Source: Terriglobia bacterium (GTDB lineage Bacteria; Acidobacteriota; Terriglobia; 2-12-FULL-54-10). Taken from it: DNA of 64,000 bases. Positions 29,830 through 38,946 of the stretch are shown here, piece by piece (positions within the stretch are counted from its first letter, which is position 1; the number at the start of each line of letters is the position of its first letter). The notes below the pieces were generated by a model. The model did no database searches. It was not told where the DNA came from and worked only from the letters and a program-made list of their open reading frames with translations. The translations under genes and the position numbers were made by a program. Where the stretch lies: NCBI GenBank assembly GCA_963666975.2, contig CAXVYR010000003.1, positions 640,001-704,000 on the forward strand, written 5' to 3'.

Positions 29830-29908
29830 GCCTGGAACCCAGTTTCACGGCCCCAGACTGTGATGTAAACTCTCTCACTGAGACTGGTACAAAAGATCGG
29901 TCTGGTCA
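29830..29908 (+). mobile_element. Orphan IS3-family right end
   Basis: Similar to ~24372-24449 (…CTCTCTCACTGAGACTGGTACAAAAGATCGGTCTGGTCA). Confidence 0.65.
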
Positions 29909-30147
29909 CTCAAGGCGAAAACGGTCTACTCTGGAACGAAACATCAACAACTTAGAGATCGCTAAGAAGCGCTCAAATGGAGCTCAAACCGTTCACTCGA
30001 CAGTACTGAATCCGCAGGTCAATCCGAAGTTCCGCCCGAGTGACGGCGTACTCGGAAATGATCTTCATTTTCTTCCCATCTGAACCCGACAAGTGGGGAC
30101 GTGGACCTGAATTCGTTGACGCGATCCAGAAGTCAGCTCCGAGGAAG

Positions 30148-30639
30148 TTAGGGGCGAACGGCACTCGCTGGATTAGATCCCGATAAACGGCTGATCATCG
30201 CGACTGCCATCTTACAGCCCCAGATGCAGCTCGTGCACTTGTCATCGTAGGTTTGCGCAGCAAGTCGCCGATGGCCGCGTTCACGATAGACGGCAAGGTC
30301 CGGTGGGACACCGTGCCATGGTGGTGGCTGTGCCTGTTCATCGCTAGATCGTGCGACTACTTTCAGTTTGCTGACCTTGTAGAGTTCGGCAGTCTCAAGA
30401 CGCGGGTCGGAAACCGGCAGTGCTTCGCCGCTTAGGGTGTCACCAACTTTGACCTGGTGTCTGGTGTGAGCGGCTTCTCCCACGCCAACGAGAAATTCGC
30501 CTTCCTCACCTCCAAGACTACCGCGTACCCGAAGCACGTAACCCTGATACGTGTGATTCCGTTGGTCGAAGGAGCGATTCAATCGGATACGCGATTGTAC
30601 CGAAGTCAACACGCCGCTCCGTGGGATTTTCTCAGCCAT
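30148..30639 (-). CDS. Hypothetical protein with CxxCxxxC, probably C-terminally truncated
   Basis: Plausible protein (SVQSRIRLNRSFDQR...RGHRRL...CTSCIWGCKM); tail looks unrelated. Confidence 0.55.
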   Translation of the reverse strand: MAEKIPRSGVLTSVQSRIRLNRSFDQRNHTYQGYVLRVRGSLGGEEGEFLVGVGEAAHTRHQVKVGDTLSGEALPVSDPRLETAELYKVSKLKVVARSSDEQAQPPPWHGVPPDLAVYRERGHRRLAAQTYDDKCTSCIWGCKMAVAMISRLSGSNPASAVRP

Positions 30640-30912
30640 CGCCGCTGATGCCTTCTATGAACCTTGAAAACCAAGTGTACCCCGTGAGAGGGCGACATCT
30701 CTTTATCCTTTCCCCTTCCAACCCACACACTACACTTAGGTTTCAAGTGTTGGAAAAGAGAGCCAATTAGAAGAATCGAACAGGAAGTAAAGGCTAGCCG
30801 TAGGGTACCGTGAGGACGGGATCGGCAGGGAAGTAAATCCCGGTCATTAAAATTGAGCAGGCATTGTGGGTGGTTAAATTTGCGCTCGGATGCCTGCCGG
30901 ATTTCAGACTCA

Positions 30913-31032
30913 TCAGATTCCCGCAGGCACCCGCTGCTTCTGCTCCTCAAACCAGTTCAGCACGACGTTGATTTGGGTCGCCGCCCGCTCGCTTTCCTGG
31001 ACCATCAGGAACCGCTGGCCATCGGGTGTGAT
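30913..31032 (-). pseudogene. C-terminal relic of a Ser/Thr kinase with PD40/TolB-type repeats
   Basis: ITPDGQRFLMVQESERAATQINVVLNWFEEQKQRVPAGI*, the typical tail of such kinases. Confidence 0.7.
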
Positions 31033-31061
31033 GGATCTATTTAAATCTGGATTTTTCCCCG

Positions 31062-32522
31062 TTAGTTGCCAAACAATAGATCTTCAAGTTTATCAATGCC
31101 CCAAGTCGGACTAGGTAGGGGATCGACGAAGTTTGGGTCCAATGTGGTATCCAAAATCTGCCCGTTTTGAATCACCATGTGAATCTTCCGGGTGTTCCGG
31201 ATGTCCTCCAGCGGGTTTGCATCCAGAATCACAAAATCCGCGTACTTCCCCGGCTCTACGCTGCCCACTTCGTCCCACTTTTGGAACTTCTCGGCCGCGT
31301 ACCGTGTGGCGCCCAGCAGTGCCTGCATGGGAGTCAGGCCCGCGTCCACCAATAATTCCAATTCCCGGTGGAGGTTAATGCCATGCATCTCATAGGGTGT
31401 TGCATCTGAACCCGCCACAATCTTTCCTCCTGCCTCGGAAAACTGTTTCAGAAATAACTGAAGGTTCTTATATGCCTGTTGGTATTTGGGCGTCATTTTG
31501 TACTCGCCGAACTTATCATACGCCATGAAAATCCAGCGGCGATCCAGTTCCGGAATAAAGGCGTAAGCCGGGTCTGCCAACAGGGCCCGGTCCTCCTCCT
31601 CATACTGCTTGGAGAAGCGGTGGCCCCCAAGCCAGTAGCAGACCAGCGTGGGAGTTATCGAAGTTCCCCTCTCCACGAACAACTGGATCAAGTCTGCAAA
31701 CAGCTCCGGCTGCATGTAGTAAAAGCTTTCCGGCAGGGTTGAATGACTCACCATGTAGTGCGGGTCCGTGTACCGGTTCTCTTCGATTTCCTTCAGCTTT
31801 TGCGGATCGGTCATGGTCGCGATTGAAATTCCGCTGGCGTGCTCCAGCGAGTCAATTCCCATCAGGACGGCATCCCGAGCGCTAATGGCAATATGGCCGG
31901 TTACCGGGATTCCAAGGGAGTGAGCTTCCTCGATGACGGCCCGCATCAAGTCGGGCCGTAATTGCTTATAGACCTTTATCCCGTCCACTCCTTTTGTTGC
32001 TTGGCCTCTGACGGCTGCTCTAGCGGAATCTACTGTCTCGACGGGGATAATAAGGCCGTCATGAACTAGGGGAGGGCTGTCAATCATCGCTCCCGCCGGA
32101 TAAACCCTCGGCCCTGAAATTAACCCCTTCTCGATTGCCAATGCTTGGGCGAGTATCCAGGGGTCCGTATTTCCTGTGTCCAAAAGCGATGTGATTCCGT
32201 AATAAAGATAGAGTTGAGCTGTATAGCCGGCGTAATGCGTGTGTCCGTCGATCAGGCCAGGAAGTACAAACTTTCCCTCCGCCTCAATCACCTGGGCTCC
32301 AGCAGGGACCGGCTGATTTGCATCCGGGGAGACGCTCTGTATCTTGTTGCCACGGACAAGGATGGTCCCGTTTTCCCTGGGATCGACCCCTGTTCCGTCG
32401 ATAAGGGTTCCACCTCGGATGACCAGGGATGCAGTTGTTCCTGTGTCTTCGGGACCGTCGGTGGGAGGGGCGGCGCAACTTGCCAAGAACAGGATCGATA
32501 TCAAAGCCGTGAGTTGCTTCAT
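31062..32522 (-). CDS. Lipoprotein amidohydrolase (amidohydrolase_1 / Xaa-Pro dipeptidase-like)
   Basis: Lipobox LASC; PGLIDGHTH, IKVY, VTGH, LEH, AGSD, GSVEPGKYADFVIL. Confidence 0.9.
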   Translation of the reverse strand: MKQLTALISILFLASCAAPPTDGPEDTGTTASLVIRGGTLIDGTGVDPRENGTILVRGNKIQSVSPDANQPVPAGAQVIEAEGKFVLPGLIDGHTHYAGYTAQLYLYYGITSLLDTGNTDPWILAQALAIEKGLISGPRVYPAGAMIDSPPLVHDGLIIPVETVDSARAAVRGQATKGVDGIKVYKQLRPDLMRAVIEEAHSLGIPVTGHIAISARDAVLMGIDSLEHASGISIATMTDPQKLKEIEENRYTDPHYMVSHSTLPESFYYMQPELFADLIQLFVERGTSITPTLVCYWLGGHRFSKQYEEEDRALLADPAYAFIPELDRRWIFMAYDKFGEYKMTPKYQQAYKNLQLFLKQFSEAGGKIVAGSDATPYEMHGINLHRELELLVDAGLTPMQALLGATRYAAEKFQKWDEVGSVEPGKYADFVILDANPLEDIRNTRKIHMVIQNGQILDTTLDPNFVDPLPSPTWGIDKLEDLLFGN

Positions 32523-32549
32523 AAAGGTTTCCTCTCTTCCTCAGAAAAA

Positions 32550-32690
32550 TCTCCCACATGCCACCTGTACCAAACGAGATGAGGACCTCGTACGAGCCAA
32601 GCCGGTCACCGGGGGAAATTGGCAGGATTACTCCTGCCAATGATTGAAATTAATGGGGAAAGATTACACGAGGGGAGAGGGGAAAGCAAT
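32550..32690 (-). pseudogene. N-terminal Ser/Thr kinase relic; includes copy 2 of the ~103-bp repeat (32588-32690)
   Basis: PISPGDRLGSYEVLISFGTGGMWEI (Gly-rich loop); start codon damaged. Confidence 0.75.
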
Positions 32691-32797
32691 GCAACCTAAG
32701 GACGCAATGGTGTTCTGAGCTTGAGTGGACAAGGTGGCTGGCGGATGCTTTTGAGCGGGGCAGAGGCAAATCGCAAATTCTAGTTATTATTTAAACC

Positions 32798-33277
32798 TCA
32801 TTCGATCCGCCAAGGGTTCGGCCGGTAGCCCACCAAAGTGGGCATTGCAGCCGGATTGATTGCCGCCATCTTTATCGCCTTCGCCGCTGCCAAAGCGAGG
32901 CTGTTGGCATAATCGTCGTGCTCTCCGCGGGGGTGATCTACCAGTGTCTTCCCTCCAGCTCTCGGGCGTGCCTCCAGCATCTTTAGCTCTCTGACCAGCC
33001 TCGGATGGTCCACAAGGTCCATACGACTCTGTGCGAAAAGTGGCTGCATTTCCATGTAAGCTTCGGCTTTGGTCATCTCCGCGTCTTGGTAGTGGATTCC
33101 TTCCCGCTGAAATGCTTCCCGCACCCAGCCAGCGGCGTACCGATCCCCAAAAACCGCACAGAGTCGATAATCCTTGAGAGTTTCAGCAATCTCCTTCACA
33201 ACTCCTTCCAAATCCACTTTCTGATTTCGTTCGTACTTATCCCGGAATTTCCCAAAACTAAGAATGTTCGCCCGCAA
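32798..33277 (-). pseudogene. C-terminal nuclease fragment of a terminase large subunit
   Basis: VFGDRYAAGWVREAF...LVRELKMLE...VDHPRGEHDDYANSLA; no ATPase domain. Confidence 0.7.
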
Positions 33278-33286
33278 GAAGGAATC

Positions 33287-33472
33287 TTACTGGCACCACT
33301 CAAGTAACTTACGGGCTTCTTGCGGATCGCGCTTGTCCCGGCGAAGCATCAGATCCGCCTCGTATATCCACTTTTTCATTTGAGTTTTTGTCTTCGCTTT
33401 GGCTGTTAGGTTGTTTTCAGAGATTCGGGTCGCCAGGAGCTTTGCCGATTCGACGGCTTTTGCACAAAACAA
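33287..33472 (-). CDS. Small hypothetical protein, possibly the detached C-terminus of rep
   Basis: Short ORF co-oriented between rep and the terminase fragment. Confidence 0.3.
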   Translation of the reverse strand: MFCAKAVESAKLLATRISENNLTAKAKTKTQMKKWIYEADLMLRRDKRDPQEARKLLEWCQ

Positions 33473-33483
33473 AGAAGACTTAT

Positions 33484-33951
33484 TTAATTCTTTTTCGTAT
33501 TTTGATTATCTATTTCGGGCGCAGAATCTGCGCGGGTCTCATGCAGTATTTTGCGAGGGTTATCTGCACTTCCTTGTACCGGCGCAGAATCTACGGGGGT
33601 GCATTCCTTGCGGGGGTCCCGGCAGAGCAAGCAACCCTTGGCCGCCTTTAGCAAATAGTAAATATTTGAACCAGTACCATTCTTCTGGTGCTCAATTCGT
33701 ATATAGCCGACTTGTTTCAACTTCCTTAGCGCGAGTTGAACAGTTCTGTCGCCCGTGCCGGACCGTTGCGCGATTGTGGGCACGCTCGGCCTTATTTCAT
33801 GGCAGCCAGCGAAGGTCGCCAGGGCCGCATATATGACCTTCTCAGCCGAGGTTAAATGGGGGGCGGCAAAAACGGCATTGTTGACCCATGACCATTGGCC
33901 GTTTCTTCTGTCACGAATTTGCATTTCCCCAGTCAGGACCACTTCGTTCAT
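33484..33951 (-). CDS. Phage/satellite replication-initiator-like winged-HTH protein
   Basis: LTSAEKVIYAALATFAG...PSVPTIAQRSGTGDRTVQLALRKLKQVGYI; internal iteron-like repeats. Confidence 0.72.
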   Translation of the reverse strand: MNEVVLTGEMQIRDRRNGQWSWVNNAVFAAPHLTSAEKVIYAALATFAGCHEIRPSVPTIAQRSGTGDRTVQLALRKLKQVGYIRIEHQKNGTGSNIYYLLKAAKGCLLCRDPRKECTPVDSAPVQGSADNPRKILHETRADSAPEIDNQNTKKN

Positions 33952-34159
33952 CTCTTTTTCTTTCCATCCAAATGCGAACTTCTTCTTCGGGCCAACCAAT
34001 GGCAGCTTGCCCCATCTGGACGGGCGAAGGAAAATGACCCGCTCTGGTCCAACGCCACAACGTTGAATGGCTCACTCCAATCAGTGCGCGTACCTCGGAT
34101 TCCCGAAGGAATCGTGGCAATGTTTGTGCCGCCGTTACCGACATGCCTTGCACCTCCAT
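33911..34159 (-). CDS. alpA: AlpA family regulator/excisionase
   Basis: RFLRESEVRALIGVSHSTLWRWTRAGHFPSPVQMGQAAIGWPEEEVRIW. Confidence 0.9.
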   Translation of the reverse strand: MEVQGMSVTAAQTLPRFLRESEVRALIGVSHSTLWRWTRAGHFPSPVQMGQAAIGWPEEEVRIWMERKRDERSGPDWGNANS

Positions 34160-34256
34160 AAGTTCGTTTTCTATGCCTTAGCTTAAGCGAAGCGCCAGAC
34201 TCTGAATCCGGGACGATTTTATTTTCTCGAAAAAATTAGGCAGGCTTTTGGGTGGG

Positions 34257-35132
34257 TTACTTCTCGAACGGCAGTAGGCCGCAGCAGATCAACAATTTCT
34301 TTTGCGGCTGCACTCTTTCGTGCTTCTGATAATCTGCGTAATCTTGTGGGACACCAGAGGCTTTCAGTTCGCGCTTAATCTTCTGTAGCCACGGGCGCGA
34401 AGGTGGTCCTCGTCGGTTCCTGCGAAGTGATCCTGGAGGATTCCAGTTGATAAATTCGTCCTTTGAGAGCCTATCGAGAAGAGTTTCTAATGCGACAACG
34501 GTTTCGAGTTCCGGCGCTAACGGTAAGGAAATTCCAGTGGGCTGCGGCGAAGAAACAAGCCAATACCGAAAATCTCGTACACATGCCTCAAGGTTATTTT
34601 TCAGTTGATTTCGTTTCGTTATAAATTCTCGCCGACTGTCAAGAGTCCGGCTCGGAAGAAGCTGGTCGTAGTAGGCTTGTTTTGCTTCGATGAGTGCTTT
34701 CAGGGCTTTGCCAAAATCAGTTCAGCCCCTCCTTCCCAAACGTTGGAGCGTAATATCCATCTGCTTGCGCCGCTCTTCGTAGTGCCCATCGCCAAATTCC
34801 GCGTCGCGCTCCAACTCGACGGGCAGGCGCTCCTCTTTTTGTTGGCGGTCTTTCACATATTGAATGCCGTACTGCTGGTCCATCTTCTTTGAAACCCGCT
34901 CCCCGATCTTCTGCAAATCCTTGCCAATCGAGTTTTTCTGCATCTCACGAAAAAGTTTCATGTAATCCAACTTGTATTCCAGAGTGTTCAAGTTCCGGAA
35001 ATTCACCCAAGGGTCTTTCTTGCACTCGCCTTTAGCATCCCGCAAAGGCCACGTTATGAGTAATTCGTAAAAACCCTCGCGTGGCTTTTCCGAGATCATA
35101 CGCTTACCGATTGACGCTTTTTTTGCCCTCAC
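34257..35132 (-). pseudogene. Hypothetical island gene interrupted by an in-frame TGA
   Basis: ORF 34722-35132 continues open in the same frame for 155 codons past TGA 34722-34724, to TAA 34257-34259. Confidence 0.55.
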
Positions 35133-36319
35133 TTGCTCCCTCTCTGCGTTTTCACTTCCCGCAAATTACTCACGATTACCTGTAGCCTATTTCCCCAGGC
35201 TTCCAGGGCCTCGCGCTTTTCCTGGTCATACCCATGCCGGTCATAAACGGCTGTTGCACCTTTTTCGGCGTGGTTCAAAATTTTCTGGATCGTCAGCCTC
35301 GGAACACCCCTGCTGGCCATGTGACTCGCTGCGCTTCTCCGCAGATCGTGTGCTCGGAAATCTAAGCCAGTTTCCTTTCGCAAGCGAGCAACGGCCTTCT
35401 GAACGTTTTCCAGGTGTCCACTGTCGCCGTGGCTTGGGAAAATCCATTCCGACGCCCCTCTGTCGTTTTTGAGTCGTTCCAGGACACGGAGAACGTTCGT
35501 GCTTAGTGGTACGCGATGAGGCAGTTTGTTCTTTGAAAATTCCCTCGGTATGGTCCACCACCCTTTCGCGAAATCAATATCGGACCATTTCATCGTCTGC
35601 ACTTCCCCGCCGCGCTGCGCCGTTATCAGTCTCACCTTGAACGTTGCTGCTATCGAAGAATCTTCTTTGTCGAAAGCCTCCCAGAGTCGCTTGATCTCAT
35701 CCTCGGACAGCACACGATCCCGCTGCCGCTCTTCCGCTGGCCTAGGCAACAGATGGCAAGGTGATGCTTCTAATATGTCGTTCTGGATTGCCCAATTGTA
35801 AATCTTGCGAATCAGCGCGTGTACGCGATTGGCTTCTATTGGAGCATCCTCAGCCAGCTTCTCTAGGAAGGCTCGCACTTGAGCTCTGGTAAGGTCGTTG
35901 GCTCGCAGCGTGCCCCATCGCGGAGCCAGCACGTTATTGATGCGCCGCTCATCTTCCTTCCAGCTCTTCTTTCGCTTCTTTGCGTATCGCTCCAGATATT
36001 GGTTGCAGAGGTCCTTAAAAGTTTCTCCCATCCGATCCTGGCGCTTCTTTGAGGCGGGATCGGCAATGCCCTTGGACGCATCCCGCAGCGAGTCCTTTGC
36101 GCTGTCCCGCGCATTAGCTAACGTCAGCGTGGGGTACGTTCCAATCGTCAACCGACGCAGCCTCCCGGCGAATCGGTACATCAGCGTGAAAGTCTTGCGC
36201 CCCAATGGGGAGACCCGCACGCCGAAGCCCGGCAGGCCTTCGTCAAAGTAATCCACCTGCCTTTCGGCATTCGGCCTGAGCGCGTCCAGCTTTTTCGCGG
36301 TCAGTTTTACGGTCGGCAT
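35129..36319 (-). CDS. Tyrosine recombinase/integrase (P4-like, with arm-binding domain)
   Basis: PGFGVRVSPLGRKTF...IGTYP arm domain; catalytic R (AQRGGE), K, HDLRR, LNH, Y. Confidence 0.95.
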   Translation of the reverse strand: MPTVKLTAKKLDALRPNAERQVDYFDEGLPGFGVRVSPLGRKTFTLMYRFAGRLRRLTIGTYPTLTLANARDSAKDSLRDASKGIADPASKKRQDRMGETFKDLCNQYLERYAKKRKKSWKEDERRINNVLAPRWGTLRANDLTRAQVRAFLEKLAEDAPIEANRVHALIRKIYNWAIQNDILEASPCHLLPRPAEERQRDRVLSEDEIKRLWEAFDKEDSSIAATFKVRLITAQRGGEVQTMKWSDIDFAKGWWTIPREFSKNKLPHRVPLSTNVLRVLERLKNDRGASEWIFPSHGDSGHLENVQKAVARLRKETGLDFRAHDLRRSAASHMASRGVPRLTIQKILNHAEKGATAVYDRHGYDQEKREALEAWGNRLQVIVSNLREVKTQRGSK

Positions 36320-36345
36320 CAGTGTGTCCAATCCTTTCCGGGTTG

Positions 36346-36445
36346 CAGGCAACAGCAGGTAACGGGAGGCAATGGGCAGGTAACAGGCAACCCACTGATT
36401 CCTGTCAGTGTGTCATCCCATCGCGTAGGTAACACTTAGGTAACA
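36346..36445 (+). repeat. Cluster of candidate integrase arm-type sites (YAGGYAAC)
   Basis: CAGGCAACA 36346, CAGGTAACG 36356, CAGGTAACA 36377, TAGGTAACA 36426 and 36437. Confidence 0.65.
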
Positions 36446-36560
36446 AACGGCTGGAATTTGTTGCAACTCCATGCCCTTGATTGGAACACAGTATTTGCAG
36501 TAATGCAAGCATTTTCTTGGGTTTTTATGTTTCAGGAAGTTACAGAAAATAGCAGAATAT

Positions 36561-36615
36561 ACTGACTATAGATCAGTAGGTCGGGAGTTCAAATCTCTCC
36601 GGCCGCACCATTTTT
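36561..36615 (+). repeat. Distal att site (degenerate tRNA-Arg 3' half)
   Basis: 51/55 identity to 16043-16097. Confidence 0.9.
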
Positions 36616-36669
36616 TTGCGTATTCCAAGAGGAAGCAGGACTCAACAAAACCGCTTGAAGAGGAGCCTC

Positions 36670-37257
36670 ATGAAACTGGACTTCTTGGGCGACGCTTTCG
36701 ACCACTGGAAAGGGTCTCTGATTGAGTCCCTAAGCAAAGCGCACATCCTTCGGAATTTCGCCGTGGACCTGATGGTTACCGACGGGGACTGGCGAAATGA
36801 GGACTTCCAGCTCTATGCTCGGCTGCTACGCGTTGCACAAGGCCAACTCCTCGAACATCGAGTAACCCTTACTGAACGGGAGAAGTATTTCAACGAAATC
36901 CAGCATCCTGGCGATCTTTTCCTTGATTCGGACACCGGTGTCGCGACCGGGACCGCGAAAAAGCAGCATGTCAAAGCCTGTGAGATCGGGCAACTGCTCG
37001 ACCGAGGGCCGAGCGACCGTCTCTTAGTGATCTATCAGGCTGTGCGGGGGAAAGTTGAACCACGTGTCAAAGAGGTGGTGAATGCTCTCAAGAAACCCAA
37101 TGTAGTTCTTACCGGATGCTCCTACGAATCCAACACGGCTGCCATGTTATTCCTTTCGCGGATAGCAACACGGTCCGATCAAGTTGCAGATCATTTCGAC
37201 GCTCTTCTCAAACCACGCGCTGGGAACAGGATTAGAAGGTTCCCGGGTGACCAATAG
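36670..37257 (+). CDS. Hypothetical protein
   Basis: GAGGAG RBS; FLGDAFDHWKG and DLFLDSDTG motifs. Confidence 0.7.
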   Translation: MKLDFLGDAFDHWKGSLIESLSKAHILRNFAVDLMVTDGDWRNEDFQLYARLLRVAQGQLLEHRVTLTEREKYFNEIQHPGDLFLDSDTGVATGTAKKQHVKACEIGQLLDRGPSDRLLVIYQAVRGKVEPRVKEVVNALKKPNVVLTGCSYESNTAAMLFLSRIATRSDQVADHFDALLKPRAGNRIRRFPGDQ

Positions 37258-37330
37258 CAGTTGTGGCTAGCTTGTCGCCGGACTCATCTTCTCAAAACGG
37301 CAGCCGCAGCGCGAAGGGCCGCGCTGCGCC

Positions 37331-37555
37331 TCAAAGCAGGCTCAGAAATTCCTCGCCGGTCATCCCGGCATGTCGGATGAGCGCGCGAAGTGTCCCCACA
37401 GAAAGTTCCTTGTGCTGGGGAACCGGCTTGTCCCGAGCGAAGTCGAGGGGAAGGTTTACCCGGATTCCCGGCTTGACCATCACCAGATGACTCCCCACCT
37501 GCCCCAAGGCCCGCCATCCGGCCTTCTGGAAAGCCTTTGCCGCTTCCTTTATGGT
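37331..37555 (-). pseudogene. hicA: HicA toxin relic, 5'-truncated, with in-frame 24-nt insertion
   Basis: KEAAKAFQKAGWRALGQVGSHLVMVKPGIRVNL[PLDFARDK]PVPQHKELSVGTLRALIRHAGMTGEEFLSLL*; no N-terminal start codon. Confidence 0.8.
37426..37449 (-). repeat. 24-nt mini-insertion element CCCTCGACTTCGCTCGGGACAAGC
   Basis: Matches the two nested copies at 46484-46531. Confidence 0.8.
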
Positions 37556-37620
37556 GAGCCTGCCGGCCTTGAGTCGGCAAGGCCGCTGGCATAAAATCTA
37601 AGGCCAAGCAACAATTAATC

Positions 37621-38946
37621 CCGCATTTCCAGTTTGAAATCGTAGAAGCAACCTTCTGCTAACCTCCAACGTCAATATTGATGCTGGTTCGAGCAGCAAC
37701 ATTCCCTTCCGGAGGTTCACACCGAATGGGTGAGAGACAAAATCAGCCATTTCAACTCACTTTTAATGCCTCGTTGAAGGTCGCTTTCCACGGATCGAGG
37801 GTCACCTCCAACGGAGGGTTGATTCTGGTGCGGGAGTTGGACGAACGATTGGGATTCGGTGAACTCATCAAGCAGCACCTAGCCGATCCTCGGGGGAAGA
37901 ACACACGGTTGCCCCTCGCGGACCTGCTACGGCAGTCGGTGTACAGTCGCTTGGCTGGATACGAGGATGTGAACGATGCCGAGCAACTCTCACGAGATCC
38001 GACCTTCCGGCTGATCGGTTCCGAGAAGAATTGGGATCGAGGGGCAGCAGAAGCTGTGCAAGGAAGTGGTGTTTCGTGCCGACGCGGCCTTTGCCAAGCC
38101 GGAGGTTTACGAAGCGTTGGAGGAGCGGGGTGTGAAGTATGCCATCCGCATCCCTTCCAACGAGAACCTCCAGCGGGACATCGAGGAGTTGCTGAAACTT
38201 CCGGTAGGAAGGCCGGGCCAGAAGCCGTTGGTGGAGTACAAGGGGTTTCTGTACCAAGCCGAGAGTTGGAAGACGGCCCGACGGGTGGTAGCCAAGGTAG
38301 AACATCATCCGGGGGAGTTGTTCCCGCGAGTGGGGTTCATTGTGACGAATCTGACGCTTCCGAGTCGAGCGGTGGTGCGGTTCTATAATAAGCGCGGGAC
38401 GGCAGAGCAGTGGATCAAGGAGGGCAAGCAGGCAGTGAAGATGACGCGGCTCAGTTGCCATCGGTTCCGCTCCAACGAGGTACGGCTGTGGCTGACCATC
38501 ATTGCCTATAGTCTGGGAAATCTTTGGCGGCGGCTGGTGGTGCCACAGAGAATCGGGAACTGGTCCTTGACGAGCCTCCAGCAGCGGCTGGTGAAAACCG
38601 GAGGACGCCTGATTAAGCATGCCCGCTACTATTGGCTATTGCTGCAGAGAGCCATCTGACGAGACGTTTATTTGCTAGCATGCTGGGGCGAATAGATGGG
38701 CTGTCGCTTCCGTCGGGATAGCCCAGCCTGCGGCGCACCCAAGAAAATGATTCCGATATCCCCCAGGCATGGAGAGGTGTCTGCAAAAGCTGGTTCTGGA
38801 AGCCGAGGCGATGGGTTTTGGGGACTCGGAAAGAGCGGCTGGAAGCCGCTGGCAGTATCTCGGAGAAAATATTTGTCTGGAAGGGCTCAGTTGAAGGCCA
38901 ACGGATGTATACTCACGAGTCGGATGGGCCAAAAAACTAATTCCGG
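37621..38946 (+). mobile_element. IS1380-family element with internally deleted, frameshifted transposase
   Basis: VTSNGGLILVRELDERLG, AGYEDVND, FRADAAF, FYNKRGTAEQWIKEGK; junction near 38043-38049. Confidence 0.85.

Larger units (their letters stand above)
16043..36615. mobile_element. Decayed integrative island / phage-satellite-like element inserted at tRNA-Arg
   Basis: 55-bp direct repeat of the tRNA 3' half (16043-16097 vs 36561-36615, 4 mismatches); tyrosine integrase next to the distal copy; alpA, rep and terminase fragment inside. Confidence 0.88.

Noticed and set aside
34722-34724. Selenocysteine or recoded TGA
   Set aside because: No redox motif context or evident SECIS hairpin, and other genes use TGA as stop; nonsense mutation is simpler.
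36561-36610. Second tRNA-Arg gene
   Set aside because: Only the 3' half is present, the anticodon is mutated and there is no D arm or 5' acceptor strand; it is an att site.
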